Of a stretch of 32,000 nucleotides of DNA, positions 9,031 through 17,899 are shown one piece after another. Within the stretch, counting starts at the first letter, position 1. Each line of letters begins with the position of its first letter. The DNA is from Candidatus Thorarchaeota archaeon (GTDB lineage: Archaea > Asgardarchaeota > Thorarchaeia > Thorarchaeales > Thorarchaeaceae), in contig SHMX01000008.1 in assembly GCA_008080745.1 (NCBI GenBank), positions 1-32,000 on the forward strand, read 5' to 3'. The notes under the pieces are model-generated. The model did not search any database. It was given only the letters and a program-made list of their open reading frames with translations, and was not told where the DNA came from. The position numbers and the translations under genes are program-made.

Positions 9031-10065
9031 ATGACACTCTATGGAAGAGACCTATTATGCACACAGGACTGGACTGTGGAAGAGCTAGAAAAAACGCTTA
9101 GGCTTGCCAATGAATTCAAGGATACTCGTTATGACCATCCTTTGAATAACTGTCTTGACCGCAGGACTTTCTTTATGTTCTTTTATAATCCCAGTGTTCG
9201 CACACGCCAATCATTCGAGTGTGCAGCAACAGAGCTTGGTGGACATGCTCAGTTCTTAGAACCGAAAACCATGCGATTGAAATCGGCTAAGACCGCAGGT
9301 GAAACCGTTGCAGATGCCTCCAATGTAATGAGTCGGTATGCATCAGGCATTGGAATTAGAATTCTTGAAACTGCTATTGAGGAATATGGCCAAGGACATG
9401 AACTTCTTGAAGAATATGCTCATCACGCATCTGTTCCTATCATCAGCATGGCTCATGATAAGTATCATCCCTGTCAAGGATTAGCAGATGTGATGGGAAT
9501 GAGAGCCCACATGAGTGATGATCTCAAAGGCAAAAAACTTGTCCAAGTTTGGGCAAAAGGTGCTCTAGTCCGTTCTTGGTGTTCAGTTCAAGAGAGTATC
9601 TTGATTAATTCGCGTCTTAGTATGGATGTGACTCTGGCATACCCACAGGGATACGACTTAGATCCAGATGTATACAAAATGTGTGAAGAAAATGCTGAAC
9701 AATCCGGTGGTAATTTCGAGATTGTGCATGATCTTGAAGAGGCTTACAAAGATGCAGATGTTGTCTACTCTAGAAACTGGATGACCGCTGGTTTTTATGA
9801 AGATGCTCAGAAACACGGGATAGACGCAGCAAAGCAGAAGGAGATCGAATTAGCATCAAAACATGAGGGATGGATAGCAAATGATGAAATGATGTCTCTT
9901 ACTAATGATGCTCTTTTCACTCATTGCGGGCCTGTGGATAGAGGTGCCGAAGTCACAGACAAAATATGTGATGGCCCCCGGTCTATAGTTTACGACGTTG
10001 CAGAGAATAGACTTCATGTTCAGAAGGCAATCATGGCTCTTACCATGGGGACCCATAACATATAA
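9031..10065 (+). CDS. Ornithine carbamoyltransferase-superfamily transcarbamylase, atypical motifs
   Basis: FYNPSVRTRQSF, HPCQ, HCGP and AENRLHVQKA. Start at ATG 9031; the upstream part of the 491-aa ORF is antisense overlap. Confidence 0.85.
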   Translation: MTLYGRDLLCTQDWTVEELEKTLRLANEFKDTRYDHPLNNCLDRRTFFMFFYNPSVRTRQSFECAATELGGHAQFLEPKTMRLKSAKTAGETVADASNVMSRYASGIGIRILETAIEEYGQGHELLEEYAHHASVPIISMAHDKYHPCQGLADVMGMRAHMSDDLKGKKLVQVWAKGALVRSWCSVQESILINSRLSMDVTLAYPQGYDLDPDVYKMCEENAEQSGGNFEIVHDLEEAYKDADVVYSRNWMTAGFYEDAQKHGIDAAKQKEIELASKHEGWIANDEMMSLTNDALFTHCGPVDRGAEVTDKICDGPRSIVYDVAENRLHVQKAIMALTMGTHNI

Positions 10066-10147
10066 CCATTCAACTGGGTGGGTTCATTTTAGGTGCCTGC
10101 CCTGAATAGTTTCAAAAAGGGAACAACATTTTCTATGATGGGACGAA

Positions 10148-11014
10148 TTGACTGAACTTGCCAGACAAACTGTTACATCGGAAACTCTGAATGATTGGAT
10201 ATTAGCGTACAATCTAGGCTCAAAGAGTCGATCCACTTCGGGATCTATTAGTGAGATTGAACTAAGATCCTTAATTGAGGCTGGTGTCGTATCTATTGAT
10301 GAATTTCAGATTGCCTATAATGGAGTGAAACCTGCATCAGCTATACGTCTCCGTTTTGATGAAAACAATACTGCACACCTCAGTGATATATCCGTAAGAT
10401 CAGGGCACCGTAAAGCACTCTATCATCTCTTGGATGCTACTCTTTTACAGTGCCGAAACAATGGCATATCTAGAGTATCAACCTGGACCACTGCGTCTGC
10501 ATCGCATACAAGTGATGTTCTTTCCACTTTCGTATTCGACGTTGAATGGATCAATGTACAACTAAAGAGTAATCTAATCGGTGTTAAAAATCCAGAATCT
10601 AACGTTCTTCCTGATGGTTTCTATCTAGAAGAACACACTAGGATGACTGAGTCAGATATTTCCACCTCTGTTCTTGACAAAGAACTGGACTTACTCTATA
10701 GACAATTCAAAGATCCACTTTTCCTGAAATTTCAAATCTATAATGAATGTATCAAAGATCCTGTTGTCACTGCTTTAGCTCAGAGAGGCATGAATTCAAC
10801 GGGATGGCTTAAATTTAGTCCTCTTACAGATCGAATCAATATTGAAGATTATTCAAATATCGTTTCAATGGTGTTGAGTATTTTTTCCCAAGAACGTGTG
10901 TCAGAAGTCAGAACTGAGATTGACGCAGGATCTCCTTTGAAAAAACTATTACAAATTCTAGGACTACGTCCAATCCTAACTTTGTTTAACATGACTTTTA
11001 CTTTAGCCTACTAA
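10148..11014 (+). CDS. Hypothetical protein, possible tandem GNAT-like fold
   Basis: Pattern LSDISVRSGHRKALYHLLDATLLQCRNNGISRV resembles GNAT motif A/B; weak. Confidence 0.5.
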   Translation: MTELARQTVTSETLNDWILAYNLGSKSRSTSGSISEIELRSLIEAGVVSIDEFQIAYNGVKPASAIRLRFDENNTAHLSDISVRSGHRKALYHLLDATLLQCRNNGISRVSTWTTASASHTSDVLSTFVFDVEWINVQLKSNLIGVKNPESNVLPDGFYLEEHTRMTESDISTSVLDKELDLLYRQFKDPLFLKFQIYNECIKDPVVTALAQRGMNSTGWLKFSPLTDRINIEDYSNIVSMVLSIFSQERVSEVRTEIDAGSPLKKLLQILGLRPILTLFNMTFTLAY

Positions 11015-11043
11015 TTTTATGTTTAGAAATTGTGTTTTTTTTA

Positions 11044-11273
11044 ATTGGCGCCAGTAAAGTCAGTGCGGATGAAAGCTAGAAAAGATAGATATACTACTAG
11101 ACAAAATACCTTTCTGTGTCTAAAGCCGGGAGGATGGCACAACGCGCCTTGACTAGTCTTGAGGCCATTGTTAGCAGCGTGTAGATTTATACTACCAGGA
11201 TGTGACCAGGCGTTGCTATGACTTGGTAGCAGGAAAACCCAGGTGGGCGCATGAGCGCTCACCCCCTACCAAT
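11044..11273 (+). ncRNA. Candidate structured ncRNA, copy 1 (homologous to 13654-13924)
   Basis: GC-rich intergenic region; terminal helix ATTGG/CCAAT; hairpins TAGACA/TGTCTA, TGCTAT/GTAGCA and GGTGGGCGC-ATGA-GCGCTCACC; G-U pairs favour the plus strand; colinear motifs shared with copy 2. Confidence 0.55.
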
Positions 11274-11274
11274 C

Positions 11275-12366
11275 TTATTCTTTGATCTCCTCATATCTGT
11301 GACATCGAACCCAATGTCTTGACTCTACTTCTCTTTGCTGGGGGACTTCTTCTATGCACCTATCTATTGCAAATTCGCATCGTGGGTGAAAGGGACAACC
11401 AGATGGAACATCAGTGAGGTCTGGTGGATCTCCTGGAATACCTCGTAATCGAGGACGCTTACCACCAGCTTTCATTCGCATCATGGCAATAGTGGGAAAC
11501 GAGCTCATGAGACCCATAGTATAAGGATGACCAGGGTGATGAAACATCTGTATTGCGTCTCCCACTTCCATGAGTTTACCGGCATACATCACTGCAACAC
11601 GATCTGCAATTTCTGCAATCACTCCTGCGTCATGACTGATTAGCATAAGTGATACATCGAAATCGTCACGTATCATTCGGAGAACATTAATGATTTGACG
11701 TTGGATTGTCACATCCAAAGCTGAGGTTGGTTCATCAGCAATCACAAGATATGGTCCAGATATTAACGACATAGCAATGAGTATCCTCTGTGCTTCACCA
11801 CCAGAGAAACTGCCAGGGTCTAAAACAAATCTGAATCCAGAGTCTGCTATTCGAACAAGATTGAGATATTCAAGAACCTGCTTCTTTAATTCGATAAGTC
11901 GGACATCTTCGTCATGAATCTCTACAGGTTCCCCGGTTTGAAACCCCACACTATATTGTGGATTTAACGCATGAGTGAGGCCTTGGGGAATCATGGATAT
12001 CTGCTTCCCCCTTATCTCTACTAGCTTCTCATCATCAAGAGTTGTAAGGTCCATTCCTTTGAAAATGATCTTCCCTCGTACTCCTGGTCGGTCACCTTCT
12101 TCTTGCCCCTTCTCGAATTTCTTTCGAAGACCTGGAATATTTGAAGAACCCGCAGCAAATTTTGCAACTCTATTGAATAACCCCATGATTGCGAGAGCTA
12201 ATGATGATTTTCCACAACCACTCTCACCAAGGATTCCCAGACATTCACCCTCTTTGATATCAAAAGAGACCCCATCTACGGCTTTTACGAATCCTTTCTG
12301 AGAAACATAGTATGCCTTGAGATCTTCAACGGATAGGAGTGTCTTCTCTTCAGTCATCATGCTCAC
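11275..12366 (-). CDS. Oligopeptide/dipeptide-type ABC ATPase (OppD/DppD-like)
   Basis: GESGCGKS, FSGGEAQR, IADEPT, ISHD and C-terminal HPY...GCPFHPRC. Confidence 0.92.
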   Translation of the reverse strand: MSMMTEEKTLLSVEDLKAYYVSQKGFVKAVDGVSFDIKEGECLGILGESGCGKSSLALAIMGLFNRVAKFAAGSSNIPGLRKKFEKGQEEGDRPGVRGKIIFKGMDLTTLDDEKLVEIRGKQISMIPQGLTHALNPQYSVGFQTGEPVEIHDEDVRLIELKKQVLEYLNLVRIADSGFRFVLDPGSFSGGEAQRILIAMSLISGPYLVIADEPTSALDVTIQRQIINVLRMIRDDFDVSLMLISHDAGVIAEIADRVAVMYAGKLMEVGDAIQMFHHPGHPYTMGLMSSFPTIAMMRMKAGGKRPRLRGIPGDPPDLTDVPSGCPFHPRCEFAIDRCIEEVPQQREVESRHWVRCHRYEEIKE

Positions 12367-12468
12367 ACTCGGAAATTATCCAGTACATATTAAGTAGTAC
12401 CTTTAGCGCCTATGGTCTTCCAACAAACGCTTTTTACATTGATTATATGTCCTAATTAGGTGGTTATT

Positions 12469-13590
12469 ATGTCTGTTCCAAAAGTATACTTCTCTGATCG
12501 AAAAACCTCTGCACACTACAATATGCTCGATAAATTAGAACACGTGTTCCAAGAATTAGGTCTCTCGGAACATATTCAAGAAGGTGATAAGGTCATGATT
12601 AAGACTCACATGGGTCTCTACGGAAATACGAATTACATTCGTCCAGCTTATGTAAGAAAGCTTGTTGAGCTTGTTAAACAGGCTGGTGGATTTCCTTTTG
12701 TAGCAGATACCTGTAGTCTTGGGTATGGCACTTCTCGTCCCTATGGTGGAAGAACTACTGCTCAAGATTATTACACCAGAGCTGAATTAAACGGATTTTC
12801 ACAAGCCACTGTAGGTGCCCCTATAATTTTGGCAGATGGATATTGGGGGTCTGATTTTCTAGATGTGTCTATTTCTGGAGATTTCATAACCTCTGTACCT
12901 GTTCCCTCTGCAGTATTTGACTGCGATAAAGTCATAATTCTCAGTCATTCCAAGTTTCACCATATAGGGATTGCAAGTGCTCTGAAGAACATGGGTGTAG
13001 GATTAGTGGCTAAGAAAGGCAAGACCGCTGTTCATTCTCCAAATGGCCTTGAGATTTATCCAGAGAAGTGCTTAGGCTCTGAGTGTTCTGAGTGTCTATC
13101 TGTCTGTCCTGTCCGTTGTATCACAGTTGCGAACACGGTAACGATAGATATTGATCGATGTATCCAATGTGGTCATTGTTCTGCTATCTGTACAAGTAAT
13201 GTAGAAGCTGGAGCTCTAAAAGTTACATGGGCTGGAGTTAACATGGCTGAAAAAATTGTGGAAAATACATTGGGTGTGATGGAATCCATCGGTCGTGACA
13301 GATTCTATTTTATCAATCTCGCTATGGATATATCCGATATGTGTGATTGTGTCTGTTACGCAGCTCCTCTTCTCATGCATGATTTAGGCATATTTGGGTC
13401 TAGAGATCCGGTTGCAATCGATGCAGCTACTGCTGATGCTATGAAGAAAGCAATGCCAAATAAGGCAAATCCAAATTCAGAACGTATTGCAACTCTTGTC
13501 GACAAATCGTCTGTATTCTTTGAACATAGTGAAAAAATCGGACTTGGTTCTAAGAAATTCGATTTGGTTTTCCTCTCGAGATCTGAATAA
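12469..13590 (+). CDS. DUF362 family protein with 4Fe-4S ferredoxin domain
   Basis: KVYF/KTHMG..GNT/HSKFH/ALKNMGVG/CDC motifs with inserted CLGSECSECLSVCP and CIQCGHCSAIC. GGTGG SD before ATG 12469. Confidence 0.85.
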   Translation: MSVPKVYFSDRKTSAHYNMLDKLEHVFQELGLSEHIQEGDKVMIKTHMGLYGNTNYIRPAYVRKLVELVKQAGGFPFVADTCSLGYGTSRPYGGRTTAQDYYTRAELNGFSQATVGAPIILADGYWGSDFLDVSISGDFITSVPVPSAVFDCDKVIILSHSKFHHIGIASALKNMGVGLVAKKGKTAVHSPNGLEIYPEKCLGSECSECLSVCPVRCITVANTVTIDIDRCIQCGHCSAICTSNVEAGALKVTWAGVNMAEKIVENTLGVMESIGRDRFYFINLAMDISDMCDCVCYAAPLLMHDLGIFGSRDPVAIDAATADAMKKAMPNKANPNSERIATLVDKSSVFFEHSEKIGLGSKKFDLVFLSRSE

Positions 13591-13613
13591 TTGATAATTT
13601 GCATGAGATGATA

Positions 13614-13933
13614 TGCACAGGGGTATGCAACAGCTGATCAAAACGTGGATAAGCTTGGACATATATCAATTGACTCTTTGATATATTGACCTGTATACGG
13701 TAGCACCGGCAGCTCGGCCACCGGGAGTGTGTGCAGATACCATCAGAAGGGAGGGTCATTAGGAATCATGTCTAAGATATAGTATGCCGCCGTGAGTTGC
13801 ACGGAGGCACAAAACGCCTGTGAAGAGGAAGTAAGACATCACCAGTCCTCTGTGACCAGTGATGCAGCCTCAATGAAGCAGGAAACAGACAGCAGATGAG
13901 GACTCCTGTCCACCTTTGTCCAAGTTCTGTGCA
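13614..13933 (+). ncRNA. Candidate structured ncRNA, copy 2 (core 13654-13924), with group I-like core motifs
   Basis: GC-rich, no credible ORF; nested long-range helices TGCACAG/CTGTGCA and CTTGGACA/TGTCCAAG; several internal hairpins; colinear motifs shared with 11044-11273. Confidence 0.6.
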
Positions 13934-13999
13934 ACGGTTATTCCGCTCCATTAAGTATTAAGGTGCTTTTGCACCAATATCTTTTTGGAGACCATTTGC

Positions 14000-15052
14000 A
14001 TGCCACCAGTGGAACCGGGACCAATACGTGACTTTATACTAGCATTAGATGCAGGTGCTATCTTCTATAGTATCCTCTATATGTCCATATTACTTCACCG
14101 TTGGTATCGGGATCGACTAAAGAAGGAACAGGACATTCGCTTTACTTGGAGTCTTTTCTTCCTGGGATTATTAGGGAACCTACTCGCCTTCTCGTTTACT
14201 CGCCTAACAGAATTATCTACTTTTGTGGAGATGTTATTGATTCGTGGGGGGTACATTTCGTTAATTTTGGCAGGAACTTCATTCTTTGCTGTTTTGGAAA
14301 GAGTCGCTGATTTTCAGAGCAAGAATCTATTTAGTAAGGTATTTGCAGCTTCGTGTTCACTCGCTCTAATTATCCCATTAGATTATGTTGGTGTCTTAGC
14401 CTTCTTGATGTCCACCATTGCACTAGGTGGGTTTGTTCATTATCTGTATCTATCAATCAAACGGAGTACTGGTCTTGTTCGACGCATTCTTATACGTATC
14501 ATATTCGGAATTATTGTAGGTTTTTTGGCATATCTGATTAGAGTAGAGCCTTTGATACTGCTCATGGGGAATATACTTCATATTCTCTCAGGTATTCTTC
14601 TTGCATTGAGTCTAATTCTTGTTGGAGAGGCTATACTCGACTCACCAGCACTGGATGAGCTTGATTGGCAGCAGCATATACTAGAACTCTATGTGACCCA
14701 TAATAGTGGTTCAATGTTGTATTCTCATTCTTTTACGGAAACAGATGAAACTAGAAGTGCTCTGACGGCTGCTAGTATATCTGGGGCTCAATCATTGTTC
14801 CAAGAGATTACTTCTACTGAATCAGGTTTTGACACACTTTCTCTTGGCGATAAACACCTATTGTTTGCCCATCGTGAGAATTTCACAGCTGTCCTCCTTA
14901 CTCAACGTCCCTATGGTGTCTTACTGGATAAGTTGAATGAATTTGCCGATGATTTTCAACTAGTATATGGTCCTGCTATAGACAACTTTCGAAGCAGAGT
15001 AACTGAGTTCAATTCCGCTTATGATCTTGTAGAGATGGTATTCTTATCATAA
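14000..15052 (+). CDS. Multi-TM membrane protein with C-terminal longin-like domain
   Basis: About 6-7 TM helices then ILELYVTHNSGSMLYSHSF...ISGAQSLFQEI...LLDKLNEFADDF, the usual longin secondary-structure pattern. GGAG before ATG 14000. Confidence 0.65.
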   Translation: MPPVEPGPIRDFILALDAGAIFYSILYMSILLHRWYRDRLKKEQDIRFTWSLFFLGLLGNLLAFSFTRLTELSTFVEMLLIRGGYISLILAGTSFFAVLERVADFQSKNLFSKVFAASCSLALIIPLDYVGVLAFLMSTIALGGFVHYLYLSIKRSTGLVRRILIRIIFGIIVGFLAYLIRVEPLILLMGNILHILSGILLALSLILVGEAILDSPALDELDWQQHILELYVTHNSGSMLYSHSFTETDETRSALTAASISGAQSLFQEITSTESGFDTLSLGDKHLLFAHRENFTAVLLTQRPYGVLLDKLNEFADDFQLVYGPAIDNFRSRVTEFNSAYDLVEMVFLS

Positions 15053-16174
15053 TTCGAACTCGGGTAACACCTCGAATCTATGACATCTAACCCAGTGCTC
15101 TTCTTCAACTTCTCTATATTCTGGTAATTCTTCTCTACATCGATCTATGGCATATTCACATCTTGGATGGAAGGGGCAACCAGATGGCAAATCAACCATG
15201 TCTGGTACTTTCCCTGGAATACCTCTAATTTTCAACCCTTTTTCACGAATTTTTCGGATTAGATGCATTGGAGGATTACTCATGATGAAGGCACGAGTAA
15301 ATGGATGACCTGGCCGTTTCATAATTGTAAGGGTTTTTCCAAATTCCATCATGTATCCCGCAGACATCACTCCTACCTTATCAGTAGTCTGTGCTATTAA
15401 TCCCTGATCATTACTGATTAGTAATAGAGAGATATCGAGTTTATCTCGTACAATTTGAATTGCATCCATTACTCTTTGTTGTACCCCAACATCAACTGCA
15501 GTAGTTGGTTCGTCAGCAATCATCAAAACAGGATTCATAATAAGTGCCATAGCAATGAGAATTCGTTGATCCTCCCCCATACTAAAATCGGAGGGTTTCA
15601 TTTTTCTTCTTATGTCCACATCTGCAATTTCAACAAGATCCAGAACAGTCAATACCCTGCGGATAACCTCACGTTCCCAGAGAATGTTGTCTTCATCATG
15701 GGCCCAGAGTGCCTCGGCTGTCTGTAGGTCTATCTCAGTGTATGGGTTCATGGAACTTCGACTTGCTTGAGGTACATAGGTAATCTCGTTTCCTCTAATC
15801 TTTCTATATTCCTTCTCATCCAATGCCAAGAGGTCTTGCCCCTTAAACCATATGTGACCTTCAACTCCAGGGAGCTCCTCACCAATTTCTTCGGAAGTCA
15901 AACCTTTTTTCATAGCTTTTTCTTTTAATGTCCATAGACGTTTCATCTCTTCATTTCCTCTTGCAGCAACAAACATCTTCGCCTGTTTATTGAATACCCC
16001 CATGATAGCTAGAGCAATAGAGGACTTGCCCGCACCAGACTCACCAAAAATTCCAACTGATTCGCCTTTATTGATTGAAAAGGAAACATCATTAACAGCT
16101 TTCAGAAGGCCTCGTGGAGTTGCATAAAAAGCTTTGAGACCCTCTATCCGGATTATCTCTTCGCCATCTGTCAT
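15047..16174 (-). CDS. OppD/DppD-like ABC ATPase paralog with degenerate signature and H-loop
   Basis: GESGAGKS, FSMGEDQR, IADEPT, ISNDQG (His replaced by Asn) and GCPFHPRC. Confidence 0.88.
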   Translation of the reverse strand: MTDGEEIIRIEGLKAFYATPRGLLKAVNDVSFSINKGESVGIFGESGAGKSSIALAIMGVFNKQAKMFVAARGNEEMKRLWTLKEKAMKKGLTSEEIGEELPGVEGHIWFKGQDLLALDEKEYRKIRGNEITYVPQASRSSMNPYTEIDLQTAEALWAHDEDNILWEREVIRRVLTVLDLVEIADVDIRRKMKPSDFSMGEDQRILIAMALIMNPVLMIADEPTTAVDVGVQQRVMDAIQIVRDKLDISLLLISNDQGLIAQTTDKVGVMSAGYMMEFGKTLTIMKRPGHPFTRAFIMSNPPMHLIRKIREKGLKIRGIPGKVPDMVDLPSGCPFHPRCEYAIDRCREELPEYREVEEEHWVRCHRFEVLPEFEL

Positions 16175-16223
16175 ACTAAATTTATGATATTTATATCAAA
16201 AATACTCTCCGAACGAAGCATTT

Positions 16224-17741
16224 TCATTGATTAGCAGAAAAATACTGGAAAGATAATCGAAAAATATTGCATTCTTTTTCCCTAAGATATTCTATATCAC
16301 CATTATAGAGTTTGACTAGCTTCTTAACAATATACAAACCAGCACCCAATCCTTGATTCTTTTGAGTTTCTTCTTCGTGTAGTGCATCAATAGTGTTTTC
16401 TTCTAACATAGGACCTTTATCTATGAATTCTATCATGCACGTATCTGATTCGTTTTTCACACGAATTTCAATAATGGGACTTTCTTTCTCACAATATTTC
16501 ACCGCATTCTCTAATAGATTTACAAATAAGAGAATTATAAGATCATCAGCTTCAACCTGAATCGGATTCTCTAATCCGGATATCTTGATATCAAAATCAT
16601 GTTTTCTAAGGGTCACTTCAATTATATCCATAGCCTTTCTGATGGATATATCCAAATCGATTGGTGTTAGAATTACTTCGTCGGTTAATCCCACATCGGC
16701 TAATTGGCGAATTCTTTGGATTACCCTTGATACGTTTTCCGATATGGTATGAAATTGCTTATAGCTCTCAATTTCGTTCGGATTCTCGCTATCCATGTAT
16801 AGATCAATATACATCTGGAGAGATTGGAGCAGATTTCCGACTTCATGTGAATAAATGTAAACATAGAAATCACTCTCATCTTTTGCTAACCGCAATTCAT
16901 TGGTTCTATCTAAGACTTGGTCACTTAGAGAACTATGAAGGTTCTTTGAAAAATCAAATATCATTGAATATGCCATTATCATCATAGCCATGATTACTAT
17001 TATTAAAATGAGCAGATTTGATACCTGGTATGTACTGGTTCTATAATGGAGTGGAACTCCCGATATTAGAACAAGACTCAACACAAAAGGTATAGTCCTC
17101 TGCATGAGATATTTTCCTTTTTTGTACTTAATTCCGAAATAGATAATGGCCAATATACTAATCATAAAATAAATTATGACTATCCAGAATCCTATCAAGG
17201 TCAAACCTGTAGATATCTCTTGGATTGGTATAGGTTCGGTAGGACTTGTTACTAAAAACAAACTGATGATGGGGCAGGTAATTATTGATAGTACTATATA
17301 CATTTTCTTTCTTTGGTCGTCTTGAGCGTATCTATTTGCAATTTCCCCAATCATAAATCCCCCACTTGGAACTAATCCTAACACTATTGTCAAATTTTGG
17401 CTTCTAGCTGAACTGATGAAAAGAAATTCTGAGCTTGGCATTCCAGGATATGAAAATGCAAAAACGAACATGATAAAGAAGATATTATAGCAGATTAACC
17501 CAGCTACTAAATTCCAAAATACTTTGTCTTGTTGATACATCATCCAGCTCATCACAGCAATGAATCCACAAAGACTTCCCAGTATTCCAGATAAAAGACT
17601 TAGATACGCAACAAATACATTTGGTTCCAAAACAACGTGAAAACGAGGGTAGAGTGGTAAGAAGAAGGCTAGAATGGAGCCTCCGATAATCGTCCATATG
17701 GCGATTCCCCTTACACTTACATTTTCTTTCTCACTTGACAT
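16224..17741 (-). CDS. Membrane-bound sensor histidine kinase
   Basis: Multi-TM N-terminus; H-box YSHEVGNLL, N-box NLLENAVKY, DKGP and GLGAGLYIV. Confidence 0.85.
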   Translation of the reverse strand: MSSEKENVSVRGIAIWTIIGGSILAFFLPLYPRFHVVLEPNVFVAYLSLLSGILGSLCGFIAVMSWMMYQQDKVFWNLVAGLICYNIFFIMFVFAFSYPGMPSSEFLFISSARSQNLTIVLGLVPSGGFMIGEIANRYAQDDQRKKMYIVLSIITCPIISLFLVTSPTEPIPIQEISTGLTLIGFWIVIIYFMISILAIIYFGIKYKKGKYLMQRTIPFVLSLVLISGVPLHYRTSTYQVSNLLILIIVIMAMMIMAYSMIFDFSKNLHSSLSDQVLDRTNELRLAKDESDFYVYIYSHEVGNLLQSLQMYIDLYMDSENPNEIESYKQFHTISENVSRVIQRIRQLADVGLTDEVILTPIDLDISIRKAMDIIEVTLRKHDFDIKISGLENPIQVEADDLIILLFVNLLENAVKYCEKESPIIEIRVKNESDTCMIEFIDKGPMLEENTIDALHEEETQKNQGLGAGLYIVKKLVKLYNGDIEYLREKECNIFRLSFQYFSANQ

Positions 17742-17899
17742 TTTGAAATTTTCCAGATGGTATTTTTTGATTACAATTTGAAATGGGATTTGAATATTTG
17801 AAAACTCCAATTTAAGTCATATTAGAATGTGACGGTATTGTGTGGAATTTTTCGCGCCGACAACAATCATTAATACTCTCCTTCTAACGAAACTGCATC

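Noticed and set aside
11044-11273. tRNA, tRNA-Sec or SECIS element
   Set aside because: No T-arm/anticodon cloverleaf; ATGA sits in a loop rather than a GA quartet; no adjacent gene has an in-frame TGA.
13820-13900. RNase P RNA (GAGGAAGT) or group IIC intron domain I (CTGTGAAG..GAAGTAA, AATGAAGCAG)
   Set aside because: No P4/CR-V partner for RNase P; no domain V or RT ORF for group II; these motifs are not kept in copy 1.
13870-13905. SRP RNA helix 8 (CAGG...AGCAG)
   Set aside because: No GNRA-capped stem between CAGG and AGCA, and too little 3' sequence for helix 5.
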